Below, in pieces: positions 49,501 to 58,935 of a stretch of 64,000 bases of DNA. The DNA comes from a virus (lineage: Duplodnaviria; Caudoviricetes). The first letter of the stretch is position 1, and every line of letters starts with the position of its first letter. Made by a program: the position numbers and the translations under genes. Where the stretch lies: positions 1,251-65,250 of IMG/VR virus record IMGVR_UViG_3300017917_000723. One strand, 5' to 3'. A model generated the notes under the pieces. The model was not told the DNA's origin. It did no database searches and saw only the letters and a list, made by a program, of their open reading frames with translations.

Positions 49501-51168
49501 TTGGCAAGCATAACGAATACTTGCCCAAGGCTTATCTAAACTTACGCCGCAATCTGGGTAAGGTCTGTTGTCGCCGCTTGGAGCAACATAATAAACATGA
49601 TCAACTTTACCCCAGGTAACCCATTCAGGAATTCCGCCTGCGCTTACTCTAAGAATCTGTCCTTCTGAACCCACTGGTAATCTTGTTGGGCCAGCGCCGC
49701 CGTAGTAAACCATGTCACCTACAGTAGTCAACACTGAAGTTTCACTGCCTACTGTTAGAACATTCCAATATGTACCGGATGCATCTAAGTCTGGTCTACT
49801 GTTAGATTGTCCGCCACCTTCTACTCCTAGTGTAGAACCGTCGTCGCCTTCTGCTCTATGTGATTGTACACAAATATAGGCATTAGAATTAAGTCTAACA
49901 GCATCACCTACATTATATTCTGTGTCATCGGCCCAATCACCTCTCCAATTAATACCGCGTGAAATATCAACCCAATAGCCGGTATTAGGAGGTTCTGCAG
50001 AAACTCTAGCAGTCATTGATCCTGCAACATCTGCAGTTACATTAAATGTTGTTCCACCCGACGTGGTGCTGATAGTAATATATCCAGCCGCTACAGTCTT
50101 AACGTAATATCTGCCGCTAGTATTAATTCCGCCAAATGTAGTTCCTGTAAATCTTACAGTCATTCCAGCAACAATACCAGTAGTATCTGCAATAGTAAAT
50201 CTATCATTCGATGCTGTGGCTGCTGTAACTGTAAATGTTAGACTTGGACTATCAGTTACTGCTAGATAATTATAGCCGCCGTACTGTACCACTTGACCTA
50301 TTTTGTATGAAGTAGCATTAGACCAAGTTGATTGATAACTTAAACCTTGAGAAAACAGATCCCAGTCGCTGGTTCCTGTTAACGGATTAGAATTTGTGTT
50401 TAAAGTTTTTGCTATGTATCTATTTCCACCATAGATAACTACATCGCCTGGTTGATATGCTGTTGCAGAACTCCATGTACTTTCAAATTCAAATCCTTCT
50501 GTATACTGACTCCAGTATGAAGAATCAGTTGGGAATGTACTTGAAGTATGCTGTGTTGTGCAAATCCATAAACCTGCACCCCACTTAACAATATCATTTA
50601 CCTTGTATCTAGTCGATGTTGTCCAGGTTCCTAAATATTCTTGACCTTGGCTGAATACTTGCCAATCACTAGAGTTTGCTTCTAATCCTAGTGCAACAGT
50701 AGCAGCAGATGTATGACCTGTTTGACAGATATAGTTAATTCCGCCGTATCTAACTATATCATTAAGTTTATATCTTGTTGAGACTGTCCAGTCACCTTTC
50801 CAATCAAAACCTTCGACAAATATATCCCAATCACCGGAGTTTGCTTCTAAACCTAATGCAGCGGTAGCGGCAGATGTATGTCCGTCTATGCAAACATAAA
50901 CAGTTCCACCGTAGTTTACTAGATCACCTTCTTGGTAAGCTGTGGCTGTTGTCCAATCGCCGGTCCATCGTTGACCGTCGCTCATTAAGTTCCACTTTGA
51001 AGGAACTATGTCTAAATCTGTATTAAAATCAGCAGCTGATGTATGACCAATTTGACACAAATATACCTTTCCGCCAAATCTGACAACGTCATCTTTGTAG
51101 TATGCGGTACCTGTGGCCCACGCACCTTTCCATACAAATCTAATTCTACCTAGTTTAAATTCTGCCAT
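43510..51168 (-). CDS. Giant virion structural/appendage protein (2552 aa)
   Basis: N-terminal WxGxW...YxxxDxVxYGG..YxC...HTS repeats (CBM5/12-like), a central region resembling beta-helix proteins, SxDG/NGxTW Asp-box repeats and a C-terminal TGHDFLDIG...GGRVFYTSTDQDGNFRVG. Confidence 0.85.
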   Translation of the reverse strand: MAEFKLGRIRFVWKGAWATGTAYYKDDVVRFGGKVYLCQIGHTSAADFNTDLDIVPSKWNLMSDGQRWTGDWTTATAYQEGDLVNYGGTVYVCIDGHTSAATAALGLEANSGDWDIFVEGFDWKGDWTVSTRYKLNDIVRYGGINYICQTGHTSAATVALGLEANSSDWQVFSQGQEYLGTWTTSTRYKVNDIVKWGAGLWICTTQHTSSTFPTDSSYWSQYTEGFEFESTWSSATAYQPGDVVIYGGNRYIAKTLNTNSNPLTGTSDWDLFSQGLSYQSTWSNATSYKIGQVVQYGGYNYLAVTDSPSLTFTVTAATASNDRFTIADTTGIVAGMTVRFTGTTFGGINTSGRYYVKTVAAGYITISTTSGGTTFNVTADVAGSMTARVSAEPPNTGYWVDISRGINWRGDWADDTEYNVGDAVRLNSNAYICVQSHRAEGDDGSTLGVEGGGQSNSRPDLDASGTYWNVLTVGSETSVLTTVGDMVYYGGAGPTRLPVGSEGQILRVSAGGIPEWVTWGKVDHVYYVAPSGDNRPYPDCGVSLDKPWASIRYACQQIEKGALNPQAKTLLELNRAFIQKEVSAWIRYQITNNISPFTSSFDYDEYKCERDVGFVVDRLIWDISHGGNLKVRAAAFSLLGAFGESGEFTAPEESQTYVTLASEADEGIAAYNYMEEVIYAVLANEAPTTVYQTLALDSTSIVAQTIDTDYTAETGVTDRVNELVGIITTALTDQVTTNLPSRIVPNNTVFVKTGNYFETLPIIVPAETAIVGDEVRSVHVSPSDSLVHITDAKYTVGSFGRMETVLGQILLGTNVTESTGNTAIQSADFPFASSVEVTALQKLIRATKYKIDWELGTMISASYPNPTNYNTSYLGGYGDARKLLIENKKFIQEEIIAWLAVNYPTLKYGKTDTRQDVGYIVDAMIYDLTYGDSYQSIVTGLAYFDGDLTPLIPASILGATVASQGRLKTVMQQIVANTAVTKTAGNLETQWADSTNLPNGGNASSFIGANMDIIINLVGGDSTSGNPPSINITTIATNNTFTTGSAHGLAVGDTIKPRITANGLVADTVYYVKSVPLSTTFTLAASFDGTTLASFTNGSSLDIDADVMFMPATSWVSAGLVTAWTTLSAASATIASNTVSYINSTYPTLTYNTTKTQRDVQLVLTAIGYDLMFGGNYAALKAAYAYLRRSNSSVYQSQLLKDATIASLLYAKDQAKANVGGNATAQNSIEANMTLIADIIYSGSVEGSICQTEQRSADWARLQLERNRNYIVSEISAWTNDTYKTTVTAVTASTDVFTCADTSWMQRNTAIRFSGTVFGGITAGTTYYVQNIVSSTTFKISTTRNAIAPFEITADASGSMTVSMYYAQTTCERDVGEFIDAFKHDLQFPGSYATQVATKLYTNAVIGNKEENMFLLRNGTGLRNMTLEGLRGDLTPENEYGTSRTTAGAYASLDPGWGPADFRTWIVARSPYVQNVATFGYAAIGQKIDGDLHNGGNKSIVSNDFTQLISDGIGAYVTNNARAELVSVFTYYSHIGYLSENGGRIRGTNGNNSYGDFGSVAEGYDVTETPILAEVDNKAYSVTVGSVLTDGIDEIYQFEYDNAGIDYTRATWSVTGGNSNASVEHTDFRDGAVYQVRLLDNVDDSTAAPEVDGNYGGFGYISNSNTAQGGTTSSITLAATDDEITGAYVGMKVIITSGTGAGQVGIVSAYTSGTKVATVVKESTGGSGWDHIVPGTAIIAPDASSTYIVEPRVSFTGPTYSSTGRTLATAQTYSAENWAVTYGVYTPVSATGGTGSSATFTVVKKGIKYSSVSIVSGGTAYTRLDTLTIAGTSVGGASTANDITITVTAVDSTSGAILAFEFIGVGGGNKFAIVAQSSRNVNTSVDGINWVANTTALPSTSNWRGLASGELTVLETAGGFVTGRAYIITSLGNTVFTSIGASANLVGTYFVATGAGSGTGTATPIANHLVAISSSTTVNAYSTDGGVTWTAGGSLPGGLSGDTVAVAYGKVSGNGRWVAIGANGATAYSTNGGVTWTAGGALPTATNYVDIAYGAGVFVAITGGGSSTDIAAYSTDGGATWSSATLPSSSNWISVTYGANKFVAVSNASGSIAAYSLDGTTWSSSTLSTTGTWTSVKYGQGVFLAVNSANNNGSSSEDGVNWTTRAITRASGTGFGLAAHGNPGQSGIWAIIPSASTTAASSAVLGATAKARAYVSSNKIYAIRITDPGSAYSSAPTITITDTNNLYEAPTEVRIGNGACANVDFINRGTGYDSGIATIDTGDGYANNFQSGSFIAVRRLSGSPEAGANVVFSTQPNTVYKLVQVLSPTGTYDGAKGAFLQISPNMSIYNSPADGTGVTTRIRYSQVRLTGHDFLDIGTGNFTETNYPGEPTQAPVQSNETADLNGGRVFYTSTDQDGNFRVGELFVIEQATGKATLNADAFNIAGLTELSLGNITLGGNSATITEFSTDPFLTANSDTVVPTQKAIKAYIAAQIGGGGASLNVNSIVAGFVSISGTQITTTTGGTIQMKATFNFQAGVRGYPVAWNYFLNN
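45049..45218. repeat. Exact 29-nt direct repeat (45049-45077 and 45190-45218)
   Basis: GCCACCTGCAGTCCATGTTACTCCGCCGT occurs twice, encoding GGVTWTAGG in adjacent Asp-box blades. Confidence 0.9.
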
Positions 51169-51200
51169 TATATACTCCGATATTCATTATTTACCAAAAA

Positions 51201-54200
51201 TTATCCTCTGAAGTTAAAGCTTCTAAAGAACATTGTCTGAGCCAATATACTTCCGCCTACTCCAGCACCGCTTCCACTAAAATCTGCCATCACTTTTACA
51301 TCAATTGTAAGGCCTGCTGTATTACTAAATTCTCCCGGACCAACTTTCACAGTACCGGCTATCACAGACGGAGTTAATAAATCTTCTCCGCCTATGTTTA
51401 ATCTAGATCCTAGATAAGATCTTATTGCACGTTGAGTCGGGATAATGCTATTAGAATTTTGTAAGAACAGTGGATCTTTACTAAATTCTCTAATAATTGC
51501 TGTAGAACCAACGTTGATTCCTGCCAATCTTAATTCTGTTAATCCTGCTAGATCAAAGAAGTCGGCACTAATTGTAATAATACCTGTTGCCTGTTCAACT
51601 GCAAACAACTCACCTGCTCTAAAATTACCATCTTGGTCAGTGGATGTATAAAATACTCTACCGCCGTTTAAAGAAAATACTTCTTGCAAAGGAGAAGTTT
51701 CATAGTTGTAATCTTGATAAAGAACAGGATAATTTGTTGTTTCAAAATTACCTGCACCAACATCTAAAAAGTCGTGGCCAGTGATACGTACTTGACTATA
51801 TCTTTCACGAATAACAACTTCCATTCCGTGTTCAATAAAATCATTTAAATCAAGGGTGGGGCTAATTTGAAACTTAATTTGATATGTTCCGTCTGGATTA
51901 TCGACTTGTTCTATATTTGAAACAGCTATAAAATAATCAGTTCTTCCGCCAATATAAAACTGAGCTCCAGGTCCGGGGACTCTTGTTAAGCTATCTAAAG
52001 TCAAGAATTTTCCGTTCGGAGTAATATCTGCAAACCCGTCTCCGTTTACAACCACTGATGTTGTACTTGTTTTGTAAGAGAACCCTTTGGCTAAGAATGT
52101 AGGTTGAGCTAATACACCGTCGGCTATTCTAGTTCTGAAAGTAGCATTTTCAGTTACACCTGGACAAATTAATGATTCCATAGTGGGCGGAGAGTCATAT
52201 CCGCTTCCTGATTCCCACAATTTTACTTCTGAGATTCCGCTTCCTCCGACCACAGCACGGCCTAATGCTCTTGCTCCTGTATAAACTTTATTAACAACTC
52301 CAGAATCTGTTCCTGAAGCTATTATCCAGGTCGGTTTACTATTAGAAACAGTACTGTCTCCTAAGGTCACATCTGGATTACCAAATGCTGCCACAGACCA
52401 ATTAGCAGAAGTTGCTAATGTTCTTGTAGTCCAAACAATACCGTCATAGGATGTTGCTGCAAATGTAGTTGGACCTAAGGTAGGATCTGCTCCTATGTCT
52501 CGGCCTGCTGTATCTCCGACAGCAAAAAACACTCCTTGTCCATATCTGATTTGTTTCCAGTTATGTACTGTTGAACCGTCTTGCGTAGGTAGTGTTGCAG
52601 GATACCAAGTGAAACCGTCAAAGCTGTAACCTACATCACCTGTATTAGATATAGCAACAAATCTTCTATTACCGTAGGCAATACTGACCCATTGTTTTCT
52701 TGACGAATCAGCTACTACATCCATTATAGAACTAGTCCATGTTAGAGTAGTTCCGTTCCATGTTCCTATACCCACTACGTTTTGTTCATTAGCTAGTGCT
52801 ACGAAAACTCCAGATCCGTATGCAATGTCAGTCCACTCGCAAATAGTAGAGTCGCCAACCGTTGGCATAGTTGTTGATGTCCATGAGATTCCGTTTGTAG
52901 AATAAGCTCCAGAATTTAATGTTCCCGAAACAGCAACAAATATTCCGTCACTAACTCCTAAAGGTTGTCCGTATGCGAGTCCTCTCCAATCTCTGTCAGC
53001 TGGCATGCTACTAGCAGTCCAATCTACTCCGTTGGTGCTGTATGCAGCCTCTGCACTTGAATTTTTAATAGTTACAAATCTATTGTTTCCAGTAGCTAAA
53101 CACGACCAATTACCTAAGGATGGTAAAAAGAAAGTATCCCATGTTTCGCCGTCTGACGAATATATTCCTGTATGATAATTATTTGGTGTTAGAATAAATT
53201 TTCCGCTGTTAGCGATAGCAGATACATCTGATTCGAATAATAGTATAGAATTAGTACTGTCATCTGAAATGTTAGTAACTGTAATAACAATGTCATTTTC
53301 TAAACTTATACCTCCGACATCTGCACCGTCAATAGTTATAATATCTCCTACAGCATATCCAGCTCCTCCCGAAGATAATGCAATTGAATATCTTCTTCCG
53401 GTTTTAGTTACAGTAAACTGTGCAGCAGCCGGAGTAACTTCTATAGTAGTTCCAGTTCCCGATGTTCCAGAAACATTTGTAAATGTTTCTGATGTTTCAC
53501 CATAGATTCCTGCAGAAAATGTAATGTTATTGTTTATGATAACTTCAGAAGCCGAATAACTAGGTGCACTAAACGTAGGTCTTGGTTCAATTCGATATCT
53601 AGTTCCTGTTGTCAATAAATCTTTAGAAGGTGTTCCGGGAAGAATATGATCCCAACCCGGTTGATTATCACTTTCTCGATACACTACGCAATTTTTAGTT
53701 CCGGCATTATAAGAATAAACATATCCGTATTGACCAGTGCCCTCACCCGAAATGATAATAATTCTCATTCCTAAAATTTCAGCTTCAGTTGCCGATTCAG
53801 CTGCGGCTAAAACTATGATAAATTGATTTCCTAATTGAGCTTGATTACCAAATTGTGAAAATCCAAGTCCTCCTGACAACACCTGGCATTCGAACATTGC
53901 ATTGTCTCTAAATTCTTCTTGAATTGTAGTTGCGCCCGAACCCGAACTAGTAATAGAATATGAAGCTGTTGTATATTCTTGCCCCATATTATAAAATTCT
54001 AATCCTAAGATATAATCAAGAATTTCTCCAGCAAATGCTGATGCAACAATGGCTTGTTCTGTTCTGGTATTCACGTAACCGTATCTAACTGTTTCGGCAG
54101 CATCTAATCCGTCAGCTAATGCGCCAAAATCTCCGTAAGAACTATTGCCGTTAGTAGCACGTATAATACCACCGTTGGTTGCATACATACCGACATGACA

Positions 54201-56690
54201 ATAGTAAGTAAACACTGAAACAAGTTCTGCACGGCCACCGTCAGCTACCCACGCACCGATACCATCTGAAATTACCTGCGTATAATCGTTAGAAACGATA
54301 GATCGATTACCACCGTTATGAAGAGTTCCGTCAATTTTTTGACCTATAGCAGCAGTACCAAATGTTGTACAGTTTTGAATGTAACAAGATCTTGTTGTAA
54401 TCCATACACGTTCGTCGTTTGGTCCCCAACCTGGATCTAAAGAAACAAATGATCCGCCTGTTGGTATTCTATAGAATTCACCTTCGACTAGTGCCGGTAG
54501 TGTACCTTCTAGTCCTTTGAAAGTCATATTTCTAAGACCAGTAGCATCTCTCACATACCACATATCTTCTAATGCGGAACCTGTTACTGCATTGGCATAA
54601 TATCTTCCTGCTAATACAGATTTATAATTTCCTGGATATCGCAAATCGTATATAACTGCATCGATAAATTTATCTAGATCTCTTTCGCATTTTTCTGTAT
54701 TAAAAGAATATAAAGGATTGTTTGATGCCATATAAGCAATGGCTTCGGCTTTAATAAATGCCCGGTTGTCATTTAAAATACTACCCGTATTCAATCTTGA
54801 AAGATTAGTTGTTAATGTGTTGCTTCCTGTTACTGTTGGCCAAGTGCCATTATTATTAACTCTGTAATCTATAGAATCAATTATTGATCCCCACAATGTA
54901 TCAACTATTGCTGCTTCACTTGGTGTTACAGGAGCTACATTTAATACAGGAGTTAAGTTATTTCCTGTGCTGTTTATTATAGGAAGACCTCTAAGAATAT
55001 TTGGTAATATAGTTCCGATTCTAACTAGGGTTTCAATAGTATATTGAGCATCGTTCGCTAGTGCCGCTATTGGACTATTAGCTTTAACTGTTACACCTCT
55101 TAACTCGTCTCCTACAACCGCGGTTCTTGCTGGAACTATTAACGGTAATATTTCTTCATATTCGCCTGTTGAAACTAAAATTGTTGTATGCCCAGCAAAT
55201 CCGTCATCAGCATGTTCGAGTGCATATCTAATAGTTCTAAAAGGCTTAAAGTAATTGATTCCTCTGTTAGAGTCTGTATCGTCGTCTACACCGTTGGTTC
55301 TCACATAAAAAATTCTTTGTATGTTGCCCCAGGTTTTATATCCAATATCTCCGTTATTATTTTCAACAACTAATAACTGATCTTGCTCTCCAACAGGAAC
55401 AGCGGTAGGACCAAACGTACTTCCGTCCCCAAGATTAAAAACAGTACTTCCATCTTCTAAAACATTCCTATAAAGATTAAAAGTAATTAAATCTCCTAAT
55501 CTTGTTAGAGCACTGTTTTCATTACTAATAACTACAATTGTCCAATAATTAAATCCAGAACCGTTGTCTCCCGGAAAATTTTGTAGATCGCTGATATGTG
55601 GAGTGTTTGCATAATATAAAACACCTCTATAATAAACAGTATCGTATTGATTATAATTTTCGTCGGTTCTCCATGCGCCTGTAAAATTATATGAAGAAAT
55701 AACGATTTCCCAATTTGACGTATCAAACGGAGTTAAAGAGCTGTCATCGGATAATTGATCTGTTAAACTAATCCAAAGAGTTCCGCCTCTTCTAACTAAA
55801 TCTCCTTGATAGTATTTTCTATTACTACCAGAATCATATTCCCCTTCCCAAGACACTGCTTTATCAATTACTGCCCAATTTGAAGGATTTCCACTTGAAT
55901 ATGCTTCTGAAATTCCAGGCTCACTATTGGAATTATTTGTTTGAGCAATATAATATGTTCCACCTTTTTTAACAACATCACCTATCGCATAAAAAACAGA
56001 ACTATTCCATTCATTATGAAATTCGTATGCTGGCAAGTATGTTTCAAATTTAGTATTATCTATAGAAGACGATGCTGTGTGATCTTCGGTACATTTTAAA
56101 ATAGATCCGCCGTATTTTACCAGATCATTTTTTCTATATACAACCGATTCGGCCCAAACACCAACAAAAGAATAGTTTTCTACAACAACACCCCAATTAG
56201 TTTCGTCGATAGTTGATCCCGATGTGTGTTCTGTAGTACATTGATAAGTGTATCCGTTATATCTAATGATATCACCTACACGGTATCTTGTAGTTGCAGA
56301 CCATGTATTTCTAAAATTATTTCCAGTAGCTAGTAAATCCCATCTTGATATGTCACTTACAAATTGAGAAGATGAAACATGAGATGATATGCAAAGGTAA
56401 AGATGTCCGCCAACTAATATTATTGCACCCGGGTCATATCTAGTTCCTGTAGCCCAATTTCCTTTCCATTCTCTGCCATCGGACATTTTTACCCATGCTG
56501 GGCTAGGATTGGTATCTCCAACTGCGGTGTATGTCTGTGCATCGTTAAACACACTTGATGTATGTGCTCTAACACAGACCCATGCTGATCCTTCATAGTA
56601 TACAACATCATCTTTTTTATAAGATACAGAACTGTCGTCCCAAGGACCTGTCCAAGTATATCTAAATCTCGTAATCTTAAATTCTGCCAT
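51201..56690 (-). CDS. Giant virion structural/appendage protein, paralog (1829 aa)
   Basis: Same architecture as 43510..51168: MAEFK start, W-G-W repeats, SLDPGWGP, GQKIDG.LHNGGN.SIVSND and YSQVR.TGHDFLD. Confidence 0.85.
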   Translation of the reverse strand: MAEFKITRFRYTWTGPWDDSSVSYKKDDVVYYEGSAWVCVRAHTSSVFNDAQTYTAVGDTNPSPAWVKMSDGREWKGNWATGTRYDPGAIILVGGHLYLCISSHVSSSQFVSDISRWDLLATGNNFRNTWSATTRYRVGDIIRYNGYTYQCTTEHTSGSTIDETNWGVVVENYSFVGVWAESVVYRKNDLVKYGGSILKCTEDHTASSSIDNTKFETYLPAYEFHNEWNSSVFYAIGDVVKKGGTYYIAQTNNSNSEPGISEAYSSGNPSNWAVIDKAVSWEGEYDSGSNRKYYQGDLVRRGGTLWISLTDQLSDDSSLTPFDTSNWEIVISSYNFTGAWRTDENYNQYDTVYYRGVLYYANTPHISDLQNFPGDNGSGFNYWTIVVISNENSALTRLGDLITFNLYRNVLEDGSTVFNLGDGSTFGPTAVPVGEQDQLLVVENNNGDIGYKTWGNIQRIFYVRTNGVDDDTDSNRGINYFKPFRTIRYALEHADDGFAGHTTILVSTGEYEEILPLIVPARTAVVGDELRGVTVKANSPIAALANDAQYTIETLVRIGTILPNILRGLPIINSTGNNLTPVLNVAPVTPSEAAIVDTLWGSIIDSIDYRVNNNGTWPTVTGSNTLTTNLSRLNTGSILNDNRAFIKAEAIAYMASNNPLYSFNTEKCERDLDKFIDAVIYDLRYPGNYKSVLAGRYYANAVTGSALEDMWYVRDATGLRNMTFKGLEGTLPALVEGEFYRIPTGGSFVSLDPGWGPNDERVWITTRSCYIQNCTTFGTAAIGQKIDGTLHNGGNRSIVSNDYTQVISDGIGAWVADGGRAELVSVFTYYCHVGMYATNGGIIRATNGNSSYGDFGALADGLDAAETVRYGYVNTRTEQAIVASAFAGEILDYILGLEFYNMGQEYTTASYSITSSGSGATTIQEEFRDNAMFECQVLSGGLGFSQFGNQAQLGNQFIIVLAAAESATEAEILGMRIIIISGEGTGQYGYVYSYNAGTKNCVVYRESDNQPGWDHILPGTPSKDLLTTGTRYRIEPRPTFSAPSYSASEVIINNNITFSAGIYGETSETFTNVSGTSGTGTTIEVTPAAAQFTVTKTGRRYSIALSSGGAGYAVGDIITIDGADVGGISLENDIVITVTNISDDSTNSILLFESDVSAIANSGKFILTPNNYHTGIYSSDGETWDTFFLPSLGNWSCLATGNNRFVTIKNSSAEAAYSTNGVDWTASSMPADRDWRGLAYGQPLGVSDGIFVAVSGTLNSGAYSTNGISWTSTTMPTVGDSTICEWTDIAYGSGVFVALANEQNVVGIGTWNGTTLTWTSSIMDVVADSSRKQWVSIAYGNRRFVAISNTGDVGYSFDGFTWYPATLPTQDGSTVHNWKQIRYGQGVFFAVGDTAGRDIGADPTLGPTTFAATSYDGIVWTTRTLATSANWSVAAFGNPDVTLGDSTVSNSKPTWIIASGTDSGVVNKVYTGARALGRAVVGGSGISEVKLWESGSGYDSPPTMESLICPGVTENATFRTRIADGVLAQPTFLAKGFSYKTSTTSVVVNGDGFADITPNGKFLTLDSLTRVPGPGAQFYIGGRTDYFIAVSNIEQVDNPDGTYQIKFQISPTLDLNDFIEHGMEVVIRERYSQVRITGHDFLDVGAGNFETTNYPVLYQDYNYETSPLQEVFSLNGGRVFYTSTDQDGNFRAGELFAVEQATGIITISADFFDLAGLTELRLAGINVGSTAIIREFSKDPLFLQNSNSIIPTQRAIRSYLGSRLNIGGEDLLTPSVIAGTVKVGPGEFSNTAGLTIDVKVMADFSGSGAGVGGSILAQTMFFRSFNFRG

Positions 56691-56704
56691 TCTTGTGTCC
56701 TAAT

Positions 56705-57079
56705 TTATGAAGAAATTCCTGTTGGATAAGAATAACCTCTATTTGCTCTTACTACTAACATTCCTTCACTATCTACATAATAAAACAGTGGTCTATTATC
56801 CCAACGATATTGAGGATAATATAAATTTTCTTTTGGTTTTTCATGATTAGCATCTATACCGTCGAGATAATCTGTACCTATCACAAAATCAACAAAATCC
56901 TCTTCTGGAGGTCCAGGTATATTTAATTCGTATGCATCAGTGTCTAATATTTGATCGCTTCTAACTAAAAATAATTCGCCATCTTCGTTTCTACGCATAG
57001 CATACCAATAACGAGGACTATCGCCTAATTGCTCTTGGGGAGTAGTACCTAAATAATACGGACTTGAATTTGTTGCCAT
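56705..57079 (-). CDS. Hypothetical virion-region protein
   Basis: 124 aa with AGGAG SD; YPQYRWD...YYVDSEG.LVVR. Confidence 0.75.
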   Translation of the reverse strand: MATNSSPYYLGTTPQEQLGDSPRYWYAMRRNEDGELFLVRSDQILDTDAYELNIPGPPEEDFVDFVIGTDYLDGIDANHEKPKENLYYPQYRWDNRPLFYYVDSEGMLVVRANRGYSYPTGISS

Positions 57080-57089
57080 TGTATGCTCC

Positions 57090-57422
57090 TTATGATATCT
57101 CTACGTAACTAACTGTTGCATCAATGCTATCTGTTACATTACTTGTTACACGCAAAGATGTAGATTCTGGTAATATTAATTTTTCGCCTTGTGTAACAAT
57201 TTTTACTGCTGTATTAGGCGGTATAGCTAATCCTTTAATATAATAACTTGTTACAGAATCTGATCCTTTAATTTCAACATCTGCAACCACTGTATCATAT
57301 TCTGTTACATTTGCTAGATTACATCCAATAACTGTCGCTCGAACTCCTACTCCAATCTCTACTACATCTGTTGGGTTAGTTCCTATTTGTGTTACTAGAC
57401 TATGTTTAAAAACTGTTGGCAT
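57090..57422 (-). CDS. Small beta-rich virion protein (paralog family A)
   Basis: ATVIGCNLAN...YYIKGLAIPPNT...GEKLIL...SIDATVSYVEIS. Confidence 0.75.
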   Translation of the reverse strand: MPTVFKHSLVTQIGTNPTDVVEIGVGVRATVIGCNLANVTEYDTVVADVEIKGSDSVTSYYIKGLAIPPNTAVKIVTQGEKLILPESTSLRVTSNVTDSIDATVSYVEIS

Positions 57423-57426
57423 ATCC

Positions 57427-58935
57427 TTATCCTAAAATTAAAGCCCACTGTGCAGCAATGTCGTTGGCAGCGGTAACGCTAACAGCACCCGATGTTCCTG
57501 CTGGACTAGCCCAACTTATTCCATCCCATATTTCTAATGATTTAGAGTTGGTATTATATCTTGTCATTCCTATTGGAATAAATGCATATCCTCCCACTAA
57601 ACTAGGACGTTGTGCATCTGATCCGACTGGGGGTACAAATCCATTCGTACCTTGGATTTTAAAATATCCAATTCCTGATTGAGCGATTTCAGTTACAGCG
57701 TCTACTGATAGATTAGTGATTGTATTGTCAACTATTTTAAAATTACCTAATCTAACACCGCCTACACCGTTTCCATCAATGTATAGATCTTGACCAGTAG
57801 TGGTTGTGATCTCATTATCGCGGAACATTATATTTCCAACATCAATTGCCGGAACTGACATTGCATCAGTATAAAATTGTCCTGCATAGACTGTTCTCCA
57901 TCTGTATGAAAGAGAACCTAAATCGTATGTATTGTCAACTTCTGGAACTAGATCACTTTTAATACTTGCATTAATTACTAAGTTATCTAATAAACTATCA
58001 CCGATGATAATATTTCCACCGATTGTTACATTTCCTACCGCATTAATATTTCCGCTAACTGATAAATTTCCTGTAACATTTGTATTAGCTTCTAATTCGA
58101 TAGTTCCAGTTCCGTTAGGTCTAATGTCTATTGACGAATTCGAAACGATTGTGGAAATACTATTGCCAGCGATTTCATAATCGCCTACTAAAATTTTAGA
58201 ATTAAAGATTACAGAATTGCCCGACGGTGTGTTAAAATTAATCGAACTAGCTGTTGAAGATATAGTATTTCCCGTAAATGAGAAAGTTCCTAATGTAAAT
58301 TGATTGTTAACTACAAAATTATTTAGATAGGCGGTTCTCCATCTAAAAGAAGAACTACCTAGATCATATAAAATATCAGTTTCTGGTATTAAACTACTTT
58401 TAATACTAGCATTAATGGTAACAGTGTCTGTTAGATTGTCACCGATGATAATATTACCGCCAATTGTTACATTACCTGTAGCACTGATATTTCCTGTAAC
58501 ATTTAAGTCTCCAGTAATATTTGTACTACCTAAAATTTCAAGAGTACCTGTTCCGTTGGGTCTTATTTCGATAGGAGAATTAGATACTAATGTTGAAATA
58601 GTATTTCCAGATATCTGGAAATCATCTATTTGTAATTTGGAATGATATACGGTTGCTTGACCAGCAGATGCTGTGAAATTTATAGTCGACGAGCTGCTGT
58701 TTATTGTGTTGTTGGAGATTGTTAAATCTCCAACAGTTAACTGATTGTCTACTTGTACTGTGGTAGCTCTTATAGTGCCGTTGACGTCTAGGTCAGCTGC
58801 AGGCGATGTTGTCTTTACTCCGATACGAGAGTTAACAACATCAAGATAGAGTAAGTCGGTCTCGAAAGCCAGGTTCTCGCCCGCACGGAGCAAGTTTGAC
58901 TTCAAGAGCTGACCGGATATACGACCAATAGCCAT
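57427..58935 (-). CDS. Fibre-shaft-like protein with internal repeats and C-terminal adaptor
   Basis: Start MAIGRISG at 58935; two ~147 aa repeats (IRPNGTGT...GNVTIGGNIIIGD...YDLGS..RWRT). Confidence 0.8.
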   Translation of the reverse strand: MAIGRISGQLLKSNLLRAGENLAFETDLLYLDVVNSRIGVKTTSPAADLDVNGTIRATTVQVDNQLTVGDLTISNNTINSSSSTINFTASAGQATVYHSKLQIDDFQISGNTISTLVSNSPIEIRPNGTGTLEILGSTNITGDLNVTGNISATGNVTIGGNIIIGDNLTDTVTINASIKSSLIPETDILYDLGSSSFRWRTAYLNNFVVNNQFTLGTFSFTGNTISSTASSINFNTPSGNSVIFNSKILVGDYEIAGNSISTIVSNSSIDIRPNGTGTIELEANTNVTGNLSVSGNINAVGNVTIGGNIIIGDSLLDNLVINASIKSDLVPEVDNTYDLGSLSYRWRTVYAGQFYTDAMSVPAIDVGNIMFRDNEITTTTGQDLYIDGNGVGGVRLGNFKIVDNTITNLSVDAVTEIAQSGIGYFKIQGTNGFVPPVGSDAQRPSLVGGYAFIPIGMTRYNTNSKSLEIWDGISWASPAGTSGAVSVTAANDIAAQWALILG

